A DNA stretch of 64,000 nt from positions 207,223 through 271,222 of IMG/VR virus record IMGVR_UViG_3300000976_000008. The stretch is one strand, 5' to 3'. The notes below the pieces were generated by a model. It was not told the DNA's origin and ran no database searches. It worked only from the letters and a program-made list of their open reading frames with translations. Origin of the DNA: a virus. Its lineage: Duplodnaviria; Heunggongvirae; Uroviricota; Caudoviricetes. How positions within the stretch are numbered: the first letter of the stretch is position 1; each line of letters begins with the position of its first letter. The position numbers and the translations under genes were made by a program. This document shows, piece by piece, positions 44,840 through 53,670 of the stretch.

Positions 44840-45304
44840 TTAGTTGTTCACAAACAAACTGAAAAGATTATCTGCTGCTTGTTTATCTTCAGGAGATAAA
44901 CAATTCGGGCAGACATATCCATACTTAGTATGATGGTCATGGTCTTGAAAATTTGTGCCACAATCAAAACAAGGTATACCAGGCAACTGGTTCGGTTTGA
45001 AATTAGGTGTAGTCAGGTGTATCTCTTCAGATGTAATCTTCACTTGAAAAGATTGTATGATTGATAATCGATTTCCGACCTGAGTGTAACCCACAGCGTG
45101 AAGTTGTTTAGATGACACATAAGGTGCACCATTATGGCCTTGTGTCAGAATTCTAGGTCCGTACTTCTCAGCGTTGCTCTTTTTCTTGTAGACAGTCGCC
45201 CCCACCAGATCTGTTGAACCTTCATAAGGTGCCCCATTTTTCCGAAAGAATCTCTTTCGACCATCGGAGAAGCCAATTTCAATCACAAATCCAATTTGTT
45301 TCAT
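44840..45304 (-). CDS. Hypothetical protein with a C-terminal zinc finger
   Basis: CxxC...CxxC. Confidence 0.6.
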   Translation of the reverse strand: MKQIGFVIEIGFSDGRKRFFRKNGAPYEGSTDLVGATVYKKKSNAEKYGPRILTQGHNGAPYVSSKQLHAVGYTQVGNRLSIIQSFQVKITSEEIHLTTPNFKPNQLPGIPCFDCGTNFQDHDHHTKYGYVCPNCLSPEDKQAADNLFSLFVNN

Positions 45305-45308
45305 TTTG

Positions 45309-45671
45309 TTACTTGCTGCTTAGATGCCAATCGAGATAAGCGTAGATTTTATCTAAGAAGTCAGGGTCGGTATATTCGAAGTCTTTCTCGTTGTCGTAAT
45401 CAACGAGAAAAATCTTCAATGTTGGTATACTCGGAACGGCTACAACACAAGCAAAATCATAAGTAGATCTCTTCAAGATCCTGCAATGTTCTAATTCATC
45501 TATTCCCAACCATCGTCTAACTACATATGAAGGCGGTGATGATTCTACTCTTCTGCACCAACTGAGACGGTAATCAGGGAGATTCTCAACGATTTCGTCG
45601 CAAATCGTCTCAACCAGAAACGTTTGCATTGGTTGTCCACCAATCGATAGCTGCGAGAACCAATCTCTCAT
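45309..45671 (-). CDS. Paralogue family B protein
   Basis: LVETICDEIVENL...FEYTDPDFLDKI. Confidence 0.7.
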   Translation of the reverse strand: MRDWFSQLSIGGQPMQTFLVETICDEIVENLPDYRLSWCRRVESSPPSYVVRRWLGIDELEHCRILKRSTYDFACVVAVPSIPTLKIFLVDYDNEKDFEYTDPDFLDKIYAYLDWHLSSK

Positions 45672-46491
45672 CGGACTTCGTCATGGTATCGAAGTCATAT
45701 TTGAACCGTCTTTTATTGAAACCGCGATCAATCCTAGTTGCAGACCCACCACTTCGCAAAAGCGGATACCATACTAATGTGCCGTCTTCAATCGGTTTAA
45801 CCAAGATGGCACACGTTGAACTTGATTCTTTGTTTGCGGCTTCCCCTTCAATGAGGAACCAGATATCAGCCTCAGGATTAGAGATATCCTTCTCAGAAGA
45901 ATCGATGCGATTATCTTTACCGATGACACCAATACCGATAACTTTAGCAGTCAAGAAAAAATCCAACCGCCTAAAGACTCCAGCATAATCAAGGTAAGAT
46001 CTCCTGTGAGGATAATCTTCCATTTTTATGATGGAGTCTTTTTCGAAGATGCGTGGTGGTGGCAATTTCTGTATGTGTGAATAATCGCCAAGGGTATTGC
46101 TAACCCACACTTGGACTTGTTCGAACGATTCTGTTGTGCAATACATCAGATCTTCGTTCGCCATCCCTTTTTGCATTTTGCCATCGATTTTGATCTCGAC
46201 GGAACAATTTATGGAAAAGCCTACTTCTTTTACTTCCACAGCAGATACACCGAGATGTTTTAATCTACCGGGTGGGCGATGGGTCCAGTACATCGTAGAA
46301 ACGGAGATTCTGACTCCCCGAGCTTTATCGGAGGCGAACCATCTGGTATCACTACTTGGCGATTTAGCCACTTTGTAGTGTTCCTTTAGAAGATCTAGCA
46401 CTGGTTGTGCCGCTTTTACCTCTGCTGAGATCGCATCAGGGACGTCTGGACTGAACTCATCGACTTTTTCATTCATGATTTCGGAGACCAT
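45610..46491 (-). CDS. Hypothetical protein (start probably 46476)
   Basis: 293-aa ORF. Confidence 0.7.
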   Translation of the reverse strand: MVSEIMNEKVDEFSPDVPDAISAEVKAAQPVLDLLKEHYKVAKSPSSDTRWFASDKARGVRISVSTMYWTHRPPGRLKHLGVSAVEVKEVGFSINCSVEIKIDGKMQKGMANEDLMYCTTESFEQVQVWVSNTLGDYSHIQKLPPPRIFEKDSIIKMEDYPHRRSYLDYAGVFRRLDFFLTAKVIGIGVIGKDNRIDSSEKDISNPEADIWFLIEGEAANKESSSTCAILVKPIEDGTLVWYPLLRSGGSATRIDRGFNKRRFKYDFDTMTKSDERLVLAAIDWWTTNANVSG

Positions 46492-46649
46492 CCATTAGCA
46501 CCACTCGGCGATGCTTTTGCACACAATTCGTCTGGATCATGGACGACTTTGGGGGGATTACCAACTGAGCAATCGACGCATAGAGTCGTCGATGGGATGG
46601 CATCAAGTCGTTCCGCTGGGATTTCTCCCTTGCATATTCTACAATTCAT
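46473..46649 (-). CDS. TraR/DksA C4-type zinc finger protein (58 aa)
   Basis: Translated by hand: MNCRICKGEIPAERLDAIPSTTLCVDC...; matches CxxCxxxIPxxRLxAxPxxxxCxxC; AGGAG RBS; absent from the ORF track. Confidence 0.8.
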   Translation of the reverse strand: MNCRICKGEIPAERLDAIPSTTLCVDCSVGNPPKVVHDPDELCAKASPSGANGWSPKS

Positions 46650-46658
46650 GTCTTGCTC

Positions 46659-46862
46659 CTAGCCAACGCTGATGAAACGATCCCAACGTTTGAGTAATCG
46701 CCTGCCCTCTGCAGTAAGGGCGTGTTCTACATATTTGCGTTCTTCCTGGTAGTAACGCCGCTTAAGAAGCTTGCGAGCAACTAGCCGTGAAGTGTAATTG
46801 CGGAGTGAAGGCATCGGATGTTCGATTCCTTCGGATAGCAATTCCTCTTGCAGATCTGCCAT
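46659..46862 (-). CDS. Winged-helix DNA-binding protein (PadR/MarR-like); start may lie further upstream
   Basis: SRLVARKLL...HALTAEGRRLL wing/helix signature. Confidence 0.55.
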   Translation of the reverse strand: MADLQEELLSEGIEHPMPSLRNYTSRLVARKLLKRRYYQEERKYVEHALTAEGRRLLKRWDRFISVG

Positions 46863-46941
46863 CCCACACCAATCGAATCTGTTAACGACAGATAATACGC
46901 ATACAGCGTTGAAATCAGCTTTACGCAGTGGTTTTGATGTT

Positions 46942-47298
46942 CTAGGGATTTCGGTCTCCTTTGTCTTCTCTATCTCTTTGTTGCAAAAGAGGAATCTTCG
47001 TTAATAGTGCCTCGCAGAAAACGCAGAAATTCTTTGACTGCCCTATATAGTCCTCTGGATCTGCACAATTGAGGCAAAGATCGGCATCATTTACGTAACA
47101 ACCAAATTCAATTTCTGTATCTGTCACAAAATGTGCTTTGATTTCATCATCACTCCAACCTTTTTTGATCAAATCAGCAACAACTTGCTGACAAGAGAAG
47201 ATATCGGAAGCAACATTCTCAGATCGTGCCTTCATGTAATCGTCGTCGCCCAACATCTCAACGGCGAATTTAAGACATTTTAATTCTTCAACACTCAT
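46942..47298 (-). CDS. Hypothetical protein with CxxC pairs
   Basis: 118-aa ORF. Confidence 0.6.
   Translation of the reverse strand: MSVEELKCLKFAVEMLGDDDYMKARSENVASDIFSCQQVVADLIKKGWSDDEIKAHFVTDTEIEFGCYVNDADLCLNCADPEDYIGQSKNFCVFCEALLTKIPLLQQRDREDKGDRNP
46978..47004 (-). promoter_or_regulatory. Conserved promoter-like element inside the 3' end of the upstream ORF
   Basis: TTAAC-N13-TTGCAACAA-N5-TA. Confidence 0.7.
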
Positions 47299-47385
47299 CG
47301 ATTAATGTGGATGAAAAAGTAAATGCAAATACCAACCATGATCACGTTGAATATGACCCTAACAATTAGCAGAAATATCCTTTCA

Positions 47386-48033
47386 TTACGTGTCACTTGG
47401 ACTATACTCCATCATTGTAGGAAGTATCGAAATCTGACTAACTAATTTGGGGGCATTCACACCCACAGCATCTAAGAATAGGCTGATTCTAGATTGCCCA
47501 AAGAAATCAACTAATCTGACTTGGTCGCTTATCTGAGTAAAAACTATGCCTCTAAGGTGGAATTCAGCCAAGTCTGTTGGCCACCGCATACCATATCGCA
47601 ATAGTATATCGATGACATCTTTATCGAATTTGTCTTTCCAAGCATGATCGAAATCTAATGCAAGATCTCGTACTGCCATGTCGAAACAATTTGGCTCAAT
47701 ATACGCATATCGCCTACGATCTATCAATCGAATTTTCGCACCTTCTTTAAGGTGTATCTTTTTCCCATCTTGAAATCTAGTGCTAAAAGCGTGAGGAGAT
47801 ATTAAGAATCCTTCTTCTTCAAAGTCCAAGATCCATAATCGACCATCTGGATCTTGCTGTTCTTGTTTATTCTCATAGAAATCATATTTGTGTTTGAGAA
47901 CCCAAATACTATGATTTCTAGTATTGCCCATAGCCATCTTGAATCGACCAGAATCGAACAATCCAGAAATTAGAGGATTATCTTCTAAAACCGAATTCAA
48001 AGCATCAATTGTGGCAACTTGAAATCTGTTCAT
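47386..48033 (-). CDS. Hypothetical protein, probable family B domain
   Basis: QVATIDALNSVL...YAYIEPNCF. Confidence 0.6.
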   Translation of the reverse strand: MNRFQVATIDALNSVLEDNPLISGLFDSGRFKMAMGNTRNHSIWVLKHKYDFYENKQEQQDPDGRLWILDFEEEGFLISPHAFSTRFQDGKKIHLKEGAKIRLIDRRRYAYIEPNCFDMAVRDLALDFDHAWKDKFDKDVIDILLRYGMRWPTDLAEFHLRGIVFTQISDQVRLVDFFGQSRISLFLDAVGVNAPKLVSQISILPTMMEYSPSDT

Positions 48034-49613
48034 GGAATAATCATCTTTCCCATGAACAAACGTGATGCAGTTAGACGATAACCCCTATCCATGAAAACAT
48101 CGTCAATAGTCGGATTGAATCGAGCATATCCCCGATGCAAGAGACGGTATTGTAAAAGGTCTCTCTCCATCTTCCAAAGCCAAGTGTCGTCATTTCTTCT
48201 TGAATCAGAAAGATAGGGCTTTACGAGCTTCTCTCCCAAATATTCGATCTGATTATAATCACCAAACCAAACCCCATTTAGCAAGATATGGCAATCAAGA
48301 CTGCTTCTCACATAGGATGGTGAATTATCAGTGTCAACAATACGAATTTCATCATCAACCATTTCTGTATGAAACTCTATTACTTGATCGCCAAATTTCT
48401 CGGACATAATCGGGCTTGATTTTACACCTGGTTTCAAGAAAACAGCGATATCAAGATCAGAATCGGGTTTGGAGTATCCTTTGAGTTTTGACCCAAAAGA
48501 GACAGCAACTGGATAAATGAGATTATGAAGATCTGGATCTGTGACAAGTTCTCGGATCTTTTTGTGATCAGATGCTTCAAAATTCTTGGAGAAATCACCG
48601 CTTAGATCTGGGTATCTTAATCCGAAAGACCCAAGAATCCTCTTGCTGATAAGTCCCAAACTGTGTGCGACAAATAATGCTCGCGATGATTCTTCTCTTG
48701 CTTCTGGAATGGAAGCAAGCCGAAACAAAGGAACTGCTGTCTTTTGAAAAGCTTGCAATACTGAGTAATTGGATTGACGACTAGTAAATTCCAAGTATTG
48801 TCGAATGCCTGAAGCATAGACTCTCGCAGCATTAGTAGTAGTATGCTTTGGTGTATAATCACCACGCAGCGGTTCTACAAGTTTGCTACCTAAAGACTCA
48901 ACTATCTTAGCATCGTTGTCTCGTCTCAACCATTTGAGCCTATTTTGAGACCCTGAATGGCGATGCTCTTTGAAAGCTCGCAAATTGAATTCTAACGCCG
49001 CCCACACATCCAAGTTATCATTTGGATATGAGCGGTTCCGTCTTCTTGGGTTTTTAAATGGTGGTGGATTCTTAGTAGTAATGTGTCTCCTACTATCTGC
49101 GACAACTCCATCATGATCTTGATAATAAGCTAATCGACTAGAGAACCCCTTATTCTTTAGAGTTTCCATCATCATTACCACTTGGCAGATCTTCTCAGGC
49201 ACACACTGTTCAGGAATATCACCATCAATAAAATCTGCTCTAAGGTCTCGATGGTCAAGAAGATTGAAATAAGCTTCGATAACAGCTTCACAAAATGCAA
49301 TCGTTTGGTCGCTACTATCGTGGTACTGTGTAGCATCTGGAATAAGATGCATCGGAAGATATAATAGTAGTCTATTATACCGAATAAGGAATGGTGTCAA
49401 TGCCTCATAAAGTTCATCCATAGCCTTCTTGAATTCCTTGTCTGATGAGAATTCAAGAGGATTTATGTGGAAGTTGACTTTATCAAAACGCCTGAGTAAT
49501 TCACGTCTTTCAGCGAATGTTTCATTATTCTCTTGCGTTTTAAGCATATCCCATATGCCGGTGGAGCCTCTAAAAAGAGACTCCACCGGAGATGCAACAC
49601 TGACGAAGGACAT
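48030..49613 (-). CDS. Pol-beta-superfamily nucleotidyltransferase with a long N-terminal helical region
   Basis: SFGSKLKGYSKPDSDLDIAVFL = hG[GS]x9-13DhD motif. Confidence 0.8.
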   Translation of the reverse strand: MSFVSVASPVESLFRGSTGIWDMLKTQENNETFAERRELLRRFDKVNFHINPLEFSSDKEFKKAMDELYEALTPFLIRYNRLLLYLPMHLIPDATQYHDSSDQTIAFCEAVIEAYFNLLDHRDLRADFIDGDIPEQCVPEKICQVVMMMETLKNKGFSSRLAYYQDHDGVVADSRRHITTKNPPPFKNPRRRNRSYPNDNLDVWAALEFNLRAFKEHRHSGSQNRLKWLRRDNDAKIVESLGSKLVEPLRGDYTPKHTTTNAARVYASGIRQYLEFTSRQSNYSVLQAFQKTAVPLFRLASIPEAREESSRALFVAHSLGLISKRILGSFGLRYPDLSGDFSKNFEASDHKKIRELVTDPDLHNLIYPVAVSFGSKLKGYSKPDSDLDIAVFLKPGVKSSPIMSEKFGDQVIEFHTEMVDDEIRIVDTDNSPSYVRSSLDCHILLNGVWFGDYNQIEYLGEKLVKPYLSDSRRNDDTWLWKMERDLLQYRLLHRGYARFNPTIDDVFMDRGYRLTASRLFMGKMIIP

Positions 49614-49616
49614 GGA

Positions 49617-51101
49617 CTAGTCGTCCACTTCTTCGTCGTAGTCTTCGCCGATCCCTTTGAGACGACGTCCGTGAAGTCGAGCGTTGACGTCTTTCTCAAT
49701 ATCTCTCAACTTCTTCGTTCCTTTCGTGCGTCTCACTTTCCCACCGGTAGGAAGATCACCCCATGGGATCTGGCGACCGAGTGCGAAGAGTGTTCCGAAG
49801 TACCGAAGCTCTTCTTCACCCCCTGGAATGTCGTTGGTGCTCATGATGGCCATCAGGAACCTGGTGAGATTCAATTCGAGTCTCTTGTAGGTAGCTGGGA
49901 CATCGAGCTTCAACTTCTTCAGAAGGAGGTCACGAGTTGTGACACCACAGAGCGTCGGAATCCGAGGATTCTGCAGTACCTTCTGGATCGTGTTGGCCTC
50001 GAAAGCGAGAGCCGATGCGACCTGGACTCCTGTCCCACGAAACAGCTTATTGAGCTTATCGTTGACAGATTCAGCCGCATCGCGGAGAATCCCGCAATCT
50101 GGTGGCTGCATCATACCAGGAGGCATCATTCCTCCACCACCAGCACCACCGAGAATCATCGCCATCATTCCGGCAGGATTCCCAGCACCAGCCATCCACG
50201 TCTCCTGCCAACCAGTCAATGCATCGTTGAAGGTCTTGATAGCTGGCCAGAGAGTCTCGCGGATTCGTGAGAGTAGTTCATTGCGACGAGCGTTGGTGAT
50301 GAAAGAACCATCGAGTCCATCAATCGCTTCAAACAAGTCACCGTAGGATCGTCGTTTGAGTTGCTTTCGCAACGCGAAGAATTCTTTGGAAGCGAGTTCT
50401 TCCGTGACCTCAATGTGTGCTTCCATCGCCGCGACAATCGTCTCAGGAACGTCGTACAAACCGACGCTATCAGCTAATGCAGCCTTGACCGCAGTGACAA
50501 CGATTGAATGCCCGATCTGAGGGTTCAGAACTCCACCAGTGCGAAGAGAATCCAACCAAGAACTGTCATCCGGAACATTTGGGAGCAAACTCCCAAAGTC
50601 TAACGCCGCTGTTGCATTGGTCGCCGCTGTCGCTGCAGTTGCCGTAACTGCATCTGCACGTTCAGAAGCACCATTGAGATCTTTGACGATACGTCTCGCT
50701 TTGAGAACCGGAATTTCCATCCCGGTCAGATCAGATTCAGTCAGTGAACTGAGATCTGCAACAGTCTCAGCACCGAGAGCCTTAATCTTCTCAATCTTAT
50801 CCGCACCAAGACCAAGCCCTGTGAGCTTTTCTGTGATCTCGCACACCATAGTAGCCGTACCTCCTGACCCTTCTCCTGTAACGACAGCACCGCTCGCACC
50901 GTCTCCTGTAACGACGGCACCACTCGTGCTGCCAACCAAATCGATGATGTCTTCCCCACCACCGCCAGTTCCGAAGAAGTCTGGCAAGCCATCTTCACCA
51001 GTTGGAATCTTCGCTGCTTCGGTGGATGTGGGTTCTTCTGACTCAGGAGCCGACTCTACAACTTCGGGCTTCTCTTCGTCGTCTTTCTTCTCTTCAGCCA
51101 T
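49617..51101 (-). CDS. Hypothetical protein with an acidic disordered N-terminus and a SAM-like domain
   Basis: KLTGLGL....IEKIKALGAETVADLSSLTESDLTGMEIPVLKARRIV resembles a sterile alpha motif; GAGG RBS. Confidence 0.65.
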   Translation of the reverse strand: MAEEKKDDEEKPEVVESAPESEEPTSTEAAKIPTGEDGLPDFFGTGGGGEDIIDLVGSTSGAVVTGDGASGAVVTGEGSGGTATMVCEITEKLTGLGLGADKIEKIKALGAETVADLSSLTESDLTGMEIPVLKARRIVKDLNGASERADAVTATAATAATNATAALDFGSLLPNVPDDSSWLDSLRTGGVLNPQIGHSIVVTAVKAALADSVGLYDVPETIVAAMEAHIEVTEELASKEFFALRKQLKRRSYGDLFEAIDGLDGSFITNARRNELLSRIRETLWPAIKTFNDALTGWQETWMAGAGNPAGMMAMILGGAGGGGMMPPGMMQPPDCGILRDAAESVNDKLNKLFRGTGVQVASALAFEANTIQKVLQNPRIPTLCGVTTRDLLLKKLKLDVPATYKRLELNLTRFLMAIMSTNDIPGGEEELRYFGTLFALGRQIPWGDLPTGGKVRRTKGTKKLRDIEKDVNARLHGRRLKGIGEDYDEEVDD

Positions 51102-51103
51102 GG

Positions 51104-52519
51104 TTACCTCGCAAATTGAGTTTCTTGTTCGGTAGGCCCGAACGAAATTAAGTGGATTGGGATATCTAGACGACTAAGCATTTCCCGATTGCATAATCGC
51201 AACAATTCATCTGTCGAGGTATGTGCCATATCAATTGTTTTAAATTCTGGCACACATTTCTCTAAGAAAGAACCCAATTCTTGTTGGTACTTTCTTCTCC
51301 GAACATTCTCTGCTGGATCAATTGAAAGCAATTTTCCATCAGATATGAAACGGTGTGATTTTTCAAGCTGTGAAGGCTCGTTAAATTTGTATTTTTCGCA
51401 AATTTCCCATTTGCCAGTCTCATGAATATCGTCGCACCAAGTTAGAGCAATCCCATCAATATCAACTCCACAATTCTCTACTGCATAACGGAGTAGCATA
51501 AAATCTAAAGGGCCGACTCTCACCTTACCCTGATAGCGATTCTCATTCTTATGACTGCCAGGTGCTAACTTCTCCGTCATATCTTCACAATGAGTAGGCA
51601 TTGGGCCAGCACCATGACGAACACTATATGCCCTATGTACCCCAATGTTGACAATTTCACCATTATAATCAAATTGGCGAAGATAATCGGTTACAAATGT
51701 AGGCAATGTACGAATAGCACTCACATGGGGATGAAATCCAAGTGCATTATCTGTCAAAATGCCGTGTGAACTCTCAATTACAACATCGCCATCTTGGGCA
51801 AGAATCTGGCGAATATGATCGCCTTCTACCACGTTTAATTTCTCACCAACTTCTCTGAATCGTTCAATGTTGTGCTTCAAAAAACCCGGATCGTAAAGCA
51901 GGTTCAATTCGATTTGAATCAACTCCCGATCTTCATCAGTAATATCAACGACAAGTTCTTGGCCCAATTTAGAGGTTTTGGCAATGTAGTAGTCCCGAAG
52001 TCTACTCAATTTATTGCTGAGATTATGGAACTTCGAACCATCTCTCAAATCAGAGGCTCTAATTGTCAGATCTGGTTGAACATTTCGAATTCTATGAGCA
52101 ACACCAACTCCAGTCCCAACAGTGCCTCTAGGAGTAGTCCTAGTTAATTCTGTAATCCTTGAGAATATGCCATGGTAGGGGGTGGCACATAATGCTGATT
52201 CATCTACAGTCAACAAATCGAAAGCATTAGTGATACCTATATATCTCAAGCAATCAGCTTCTTTTAACATCCCTGTGGGACTAATTATCATCAGGGGTGT
52301 TATGTGTGTTTTGATTCCCTCAAGTGTTCCGCAACCCCATTGGCTGAAGCAGAACTTTGTTCGCTTATTCTGTGCACCGTGTTGACCCTGTGCACCACCG
52401 ATTTTTACAACGGTGTGGGGATGATGGCGGCAACAGAGTGCATGTATAGCACCCCCTTTGCCGCCATCGCCTGGCCCCAAATCGAAAATTGAAAAGACTC
52501 GATCAGTCATCAGATCCAA
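51104..52519 (-). CDS. Divergent adenylosuccinate synthetase (PurA)-like enzyme
   Basis: DLGPGDGGKG, GGAQGQH, FSQWGCGT, GTVGTGVG, ESSHG, RHGAGP, RVGPLD, TWCD, SFGP. Confidence 0.88.
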   Translation of the reverse strand: MDLMTDRVFSIFDLGPGDGGKGGAIHALCCRHHPHTVVKIGGAQGQHGAQNKRTKFCFSQWGCGTLEGIKTHITPLMIISPTGMLKEADCLRYIGITNAFDLLTVDESALCATPYHGIFSRITELTRTTPRGTVGTGVGVAHRIRNVQPDLTIRASDLRDGSKFHNLSNKLSRLRDYYIAKTSKLGQELVVDITDEDRELIQIELNLLYDPGFLKHNIERFREVGEKLNVVEGDHIRQILAQDGDVVIESSHGILTDNALGFHPHVSAIRTLPTFVTDYLRQFDYNGEIVNIGVHRAYSVRHGAGPMPTHCEDMTEKLAPGSHKNENRYQGKVRVGPLDFMLLRYAVENCGVDIDGIALTWCDDIHETGKWEICEKYKFNEPSQLEKSHRFISDGKLLSIDPAENVRRRKYQQELGSFLEKCVPEFKTIDMAHTSTDELLRLCNREMLSRLDIPIHLISFGPTEQETQFAR

Positions 52520-53670
52520 GTATCTCGCTCTTCGTCGTCATCCTCATCTTCGCCATCTTCTTCAGCTTCTTCGACGCTTGAACTTGAGATTGGCCAAATG
52601 TTGGTATCTTCCCAAACATCTGGTTTCTCTGCGAAGAAATCGCCCTTCATCGGTCGCCGATCAAAGTTCGGCAACTGAGCCTGTGCACCAAGAGGAATAT
52701 CGACCAGAGCCTCCATGATGGTTTCGGCTGCTGCTTCGTCAACATTCATCCTTGTCAGGAATGTTACCACTTCTTGCGGTTCGATGACTCCTTCAGTCAG
52801 ACCAATTATTGCGGCCTGAGTCTGAGGAATCCATTTGGCGTGAGGAATCGGCACGACACGTTCTTTGCCGCAGTGTTCATTCCAGAAACGTTTCGCAGAA
52901 CTACTGTTCCTAACGACAATGATGAAAGCATGTGCTTCTTCGAGAAGATCGTTCCAGATCGTCTCAAGTTCCATGCTGCCACCATTGTGCTTGATTTGGT
53001 GGCCGTTTTCACTGACTTTGGTGAAAACTTCATCGCCGAAGGTCCGTTTCAAAGTCTTGTCATCAACTCGCCCACGGCCAGGTGCATCCGTGACTGTGAA
53101 GTCATAACGCTTGAGGCCGATTCGATTAATGTAAGATCTAACCAAGTACGCACCACCGAAGATCCCCACATCAGGATCTTCAGCAGGATCTCCGCCGCCT
53201 CGCTCTGGTACCATCTGTGTGAGTTGGTTGACAATCTTATCAGCAACCATTTCAAATGGTGGTCTGCAAAGAACGAAATCATCGACGACGTCACCGAAGA
53301 TTCCTGTGGAAGCTTGGATATCGTAGTCTTCGAGAACTTCTTTCCAGTATTCGAAGGCATTTGGAAGCACTTCCAAGGCAGTATCGACACTGTCACCCAT
53401 ACTGCTCGTCGAATCGAAGCGTGTTTCGATTGGAATAGGAGTACCAACCAGCAACTTCCAGCCACCATCTTCCTTACCAACTCGTGGAAGTGATAGCCGA
53501 GTTACTCCGAATTCTGCAGGGTCAACGATAGGCTGCAGCTTACCAGTCTTCTTGGCTTGCTGTTCAGCCTTTTTTGTTACCCCTTTCGATCCGCGAGTTA
53601 CACCAACGCTCGCCAAAGCGGCAGTGTATGTCTCTTTTGTTAAAAAACTGTCACCCATCCTAAACCTCAT
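52510..53670 (-). CDS. vWA-domain protein (start probably 53658)
   Basis: MIDAS-like FDSTSSMG, GGGDPAED, TVTDAP; acidic tail. Confidence 0.7.
   Translation of the reverse strand: MRFRMGDSFLTKETYTAALASVGVTRGSKGVTKKAEQQAKKTGKLQPIVDPAEFGVTRLSLPRVGKEDGGWKLLVGTPIPIETRFDSTSSMGDSVDTALEVLPNAFEYWKEVLEDYDIQASTGIFGDVVDDFVLCRPPFEMVADKIVNQLTQMVPERGGGDPAEDPDVGIFGGAYLVRSYINRIGLKRYDFTVTDAPGRGRVDDKTLKRTFGDEVFTKVSENGHQIKHNGGSMELETIWNDLLEEAHAFIIVVRNSSSAKRFWNEHCGKERVVPIPHAKWIPQTQAAIIGLTEGVIEPQEVVTFLTRMNVDEAAAETIMEALVDIPLGAQAQLPNFDRRPMKGDFFAEKPDVWEDTNIWPISSSSVEEAEEDGEDEDDDEERDTWI

Noticed and set aside
51104-52519. PurZ / Z-genome (2-aminoadenine) pathway, or canonical purA
   Set aside because: The P-loop has Asp (GDGGKG), not the PurZ Ser; no DatZ or MazZ is recognisable nearby; the canonical PurA aspartate loop is missing, so no gene symbol was assigned
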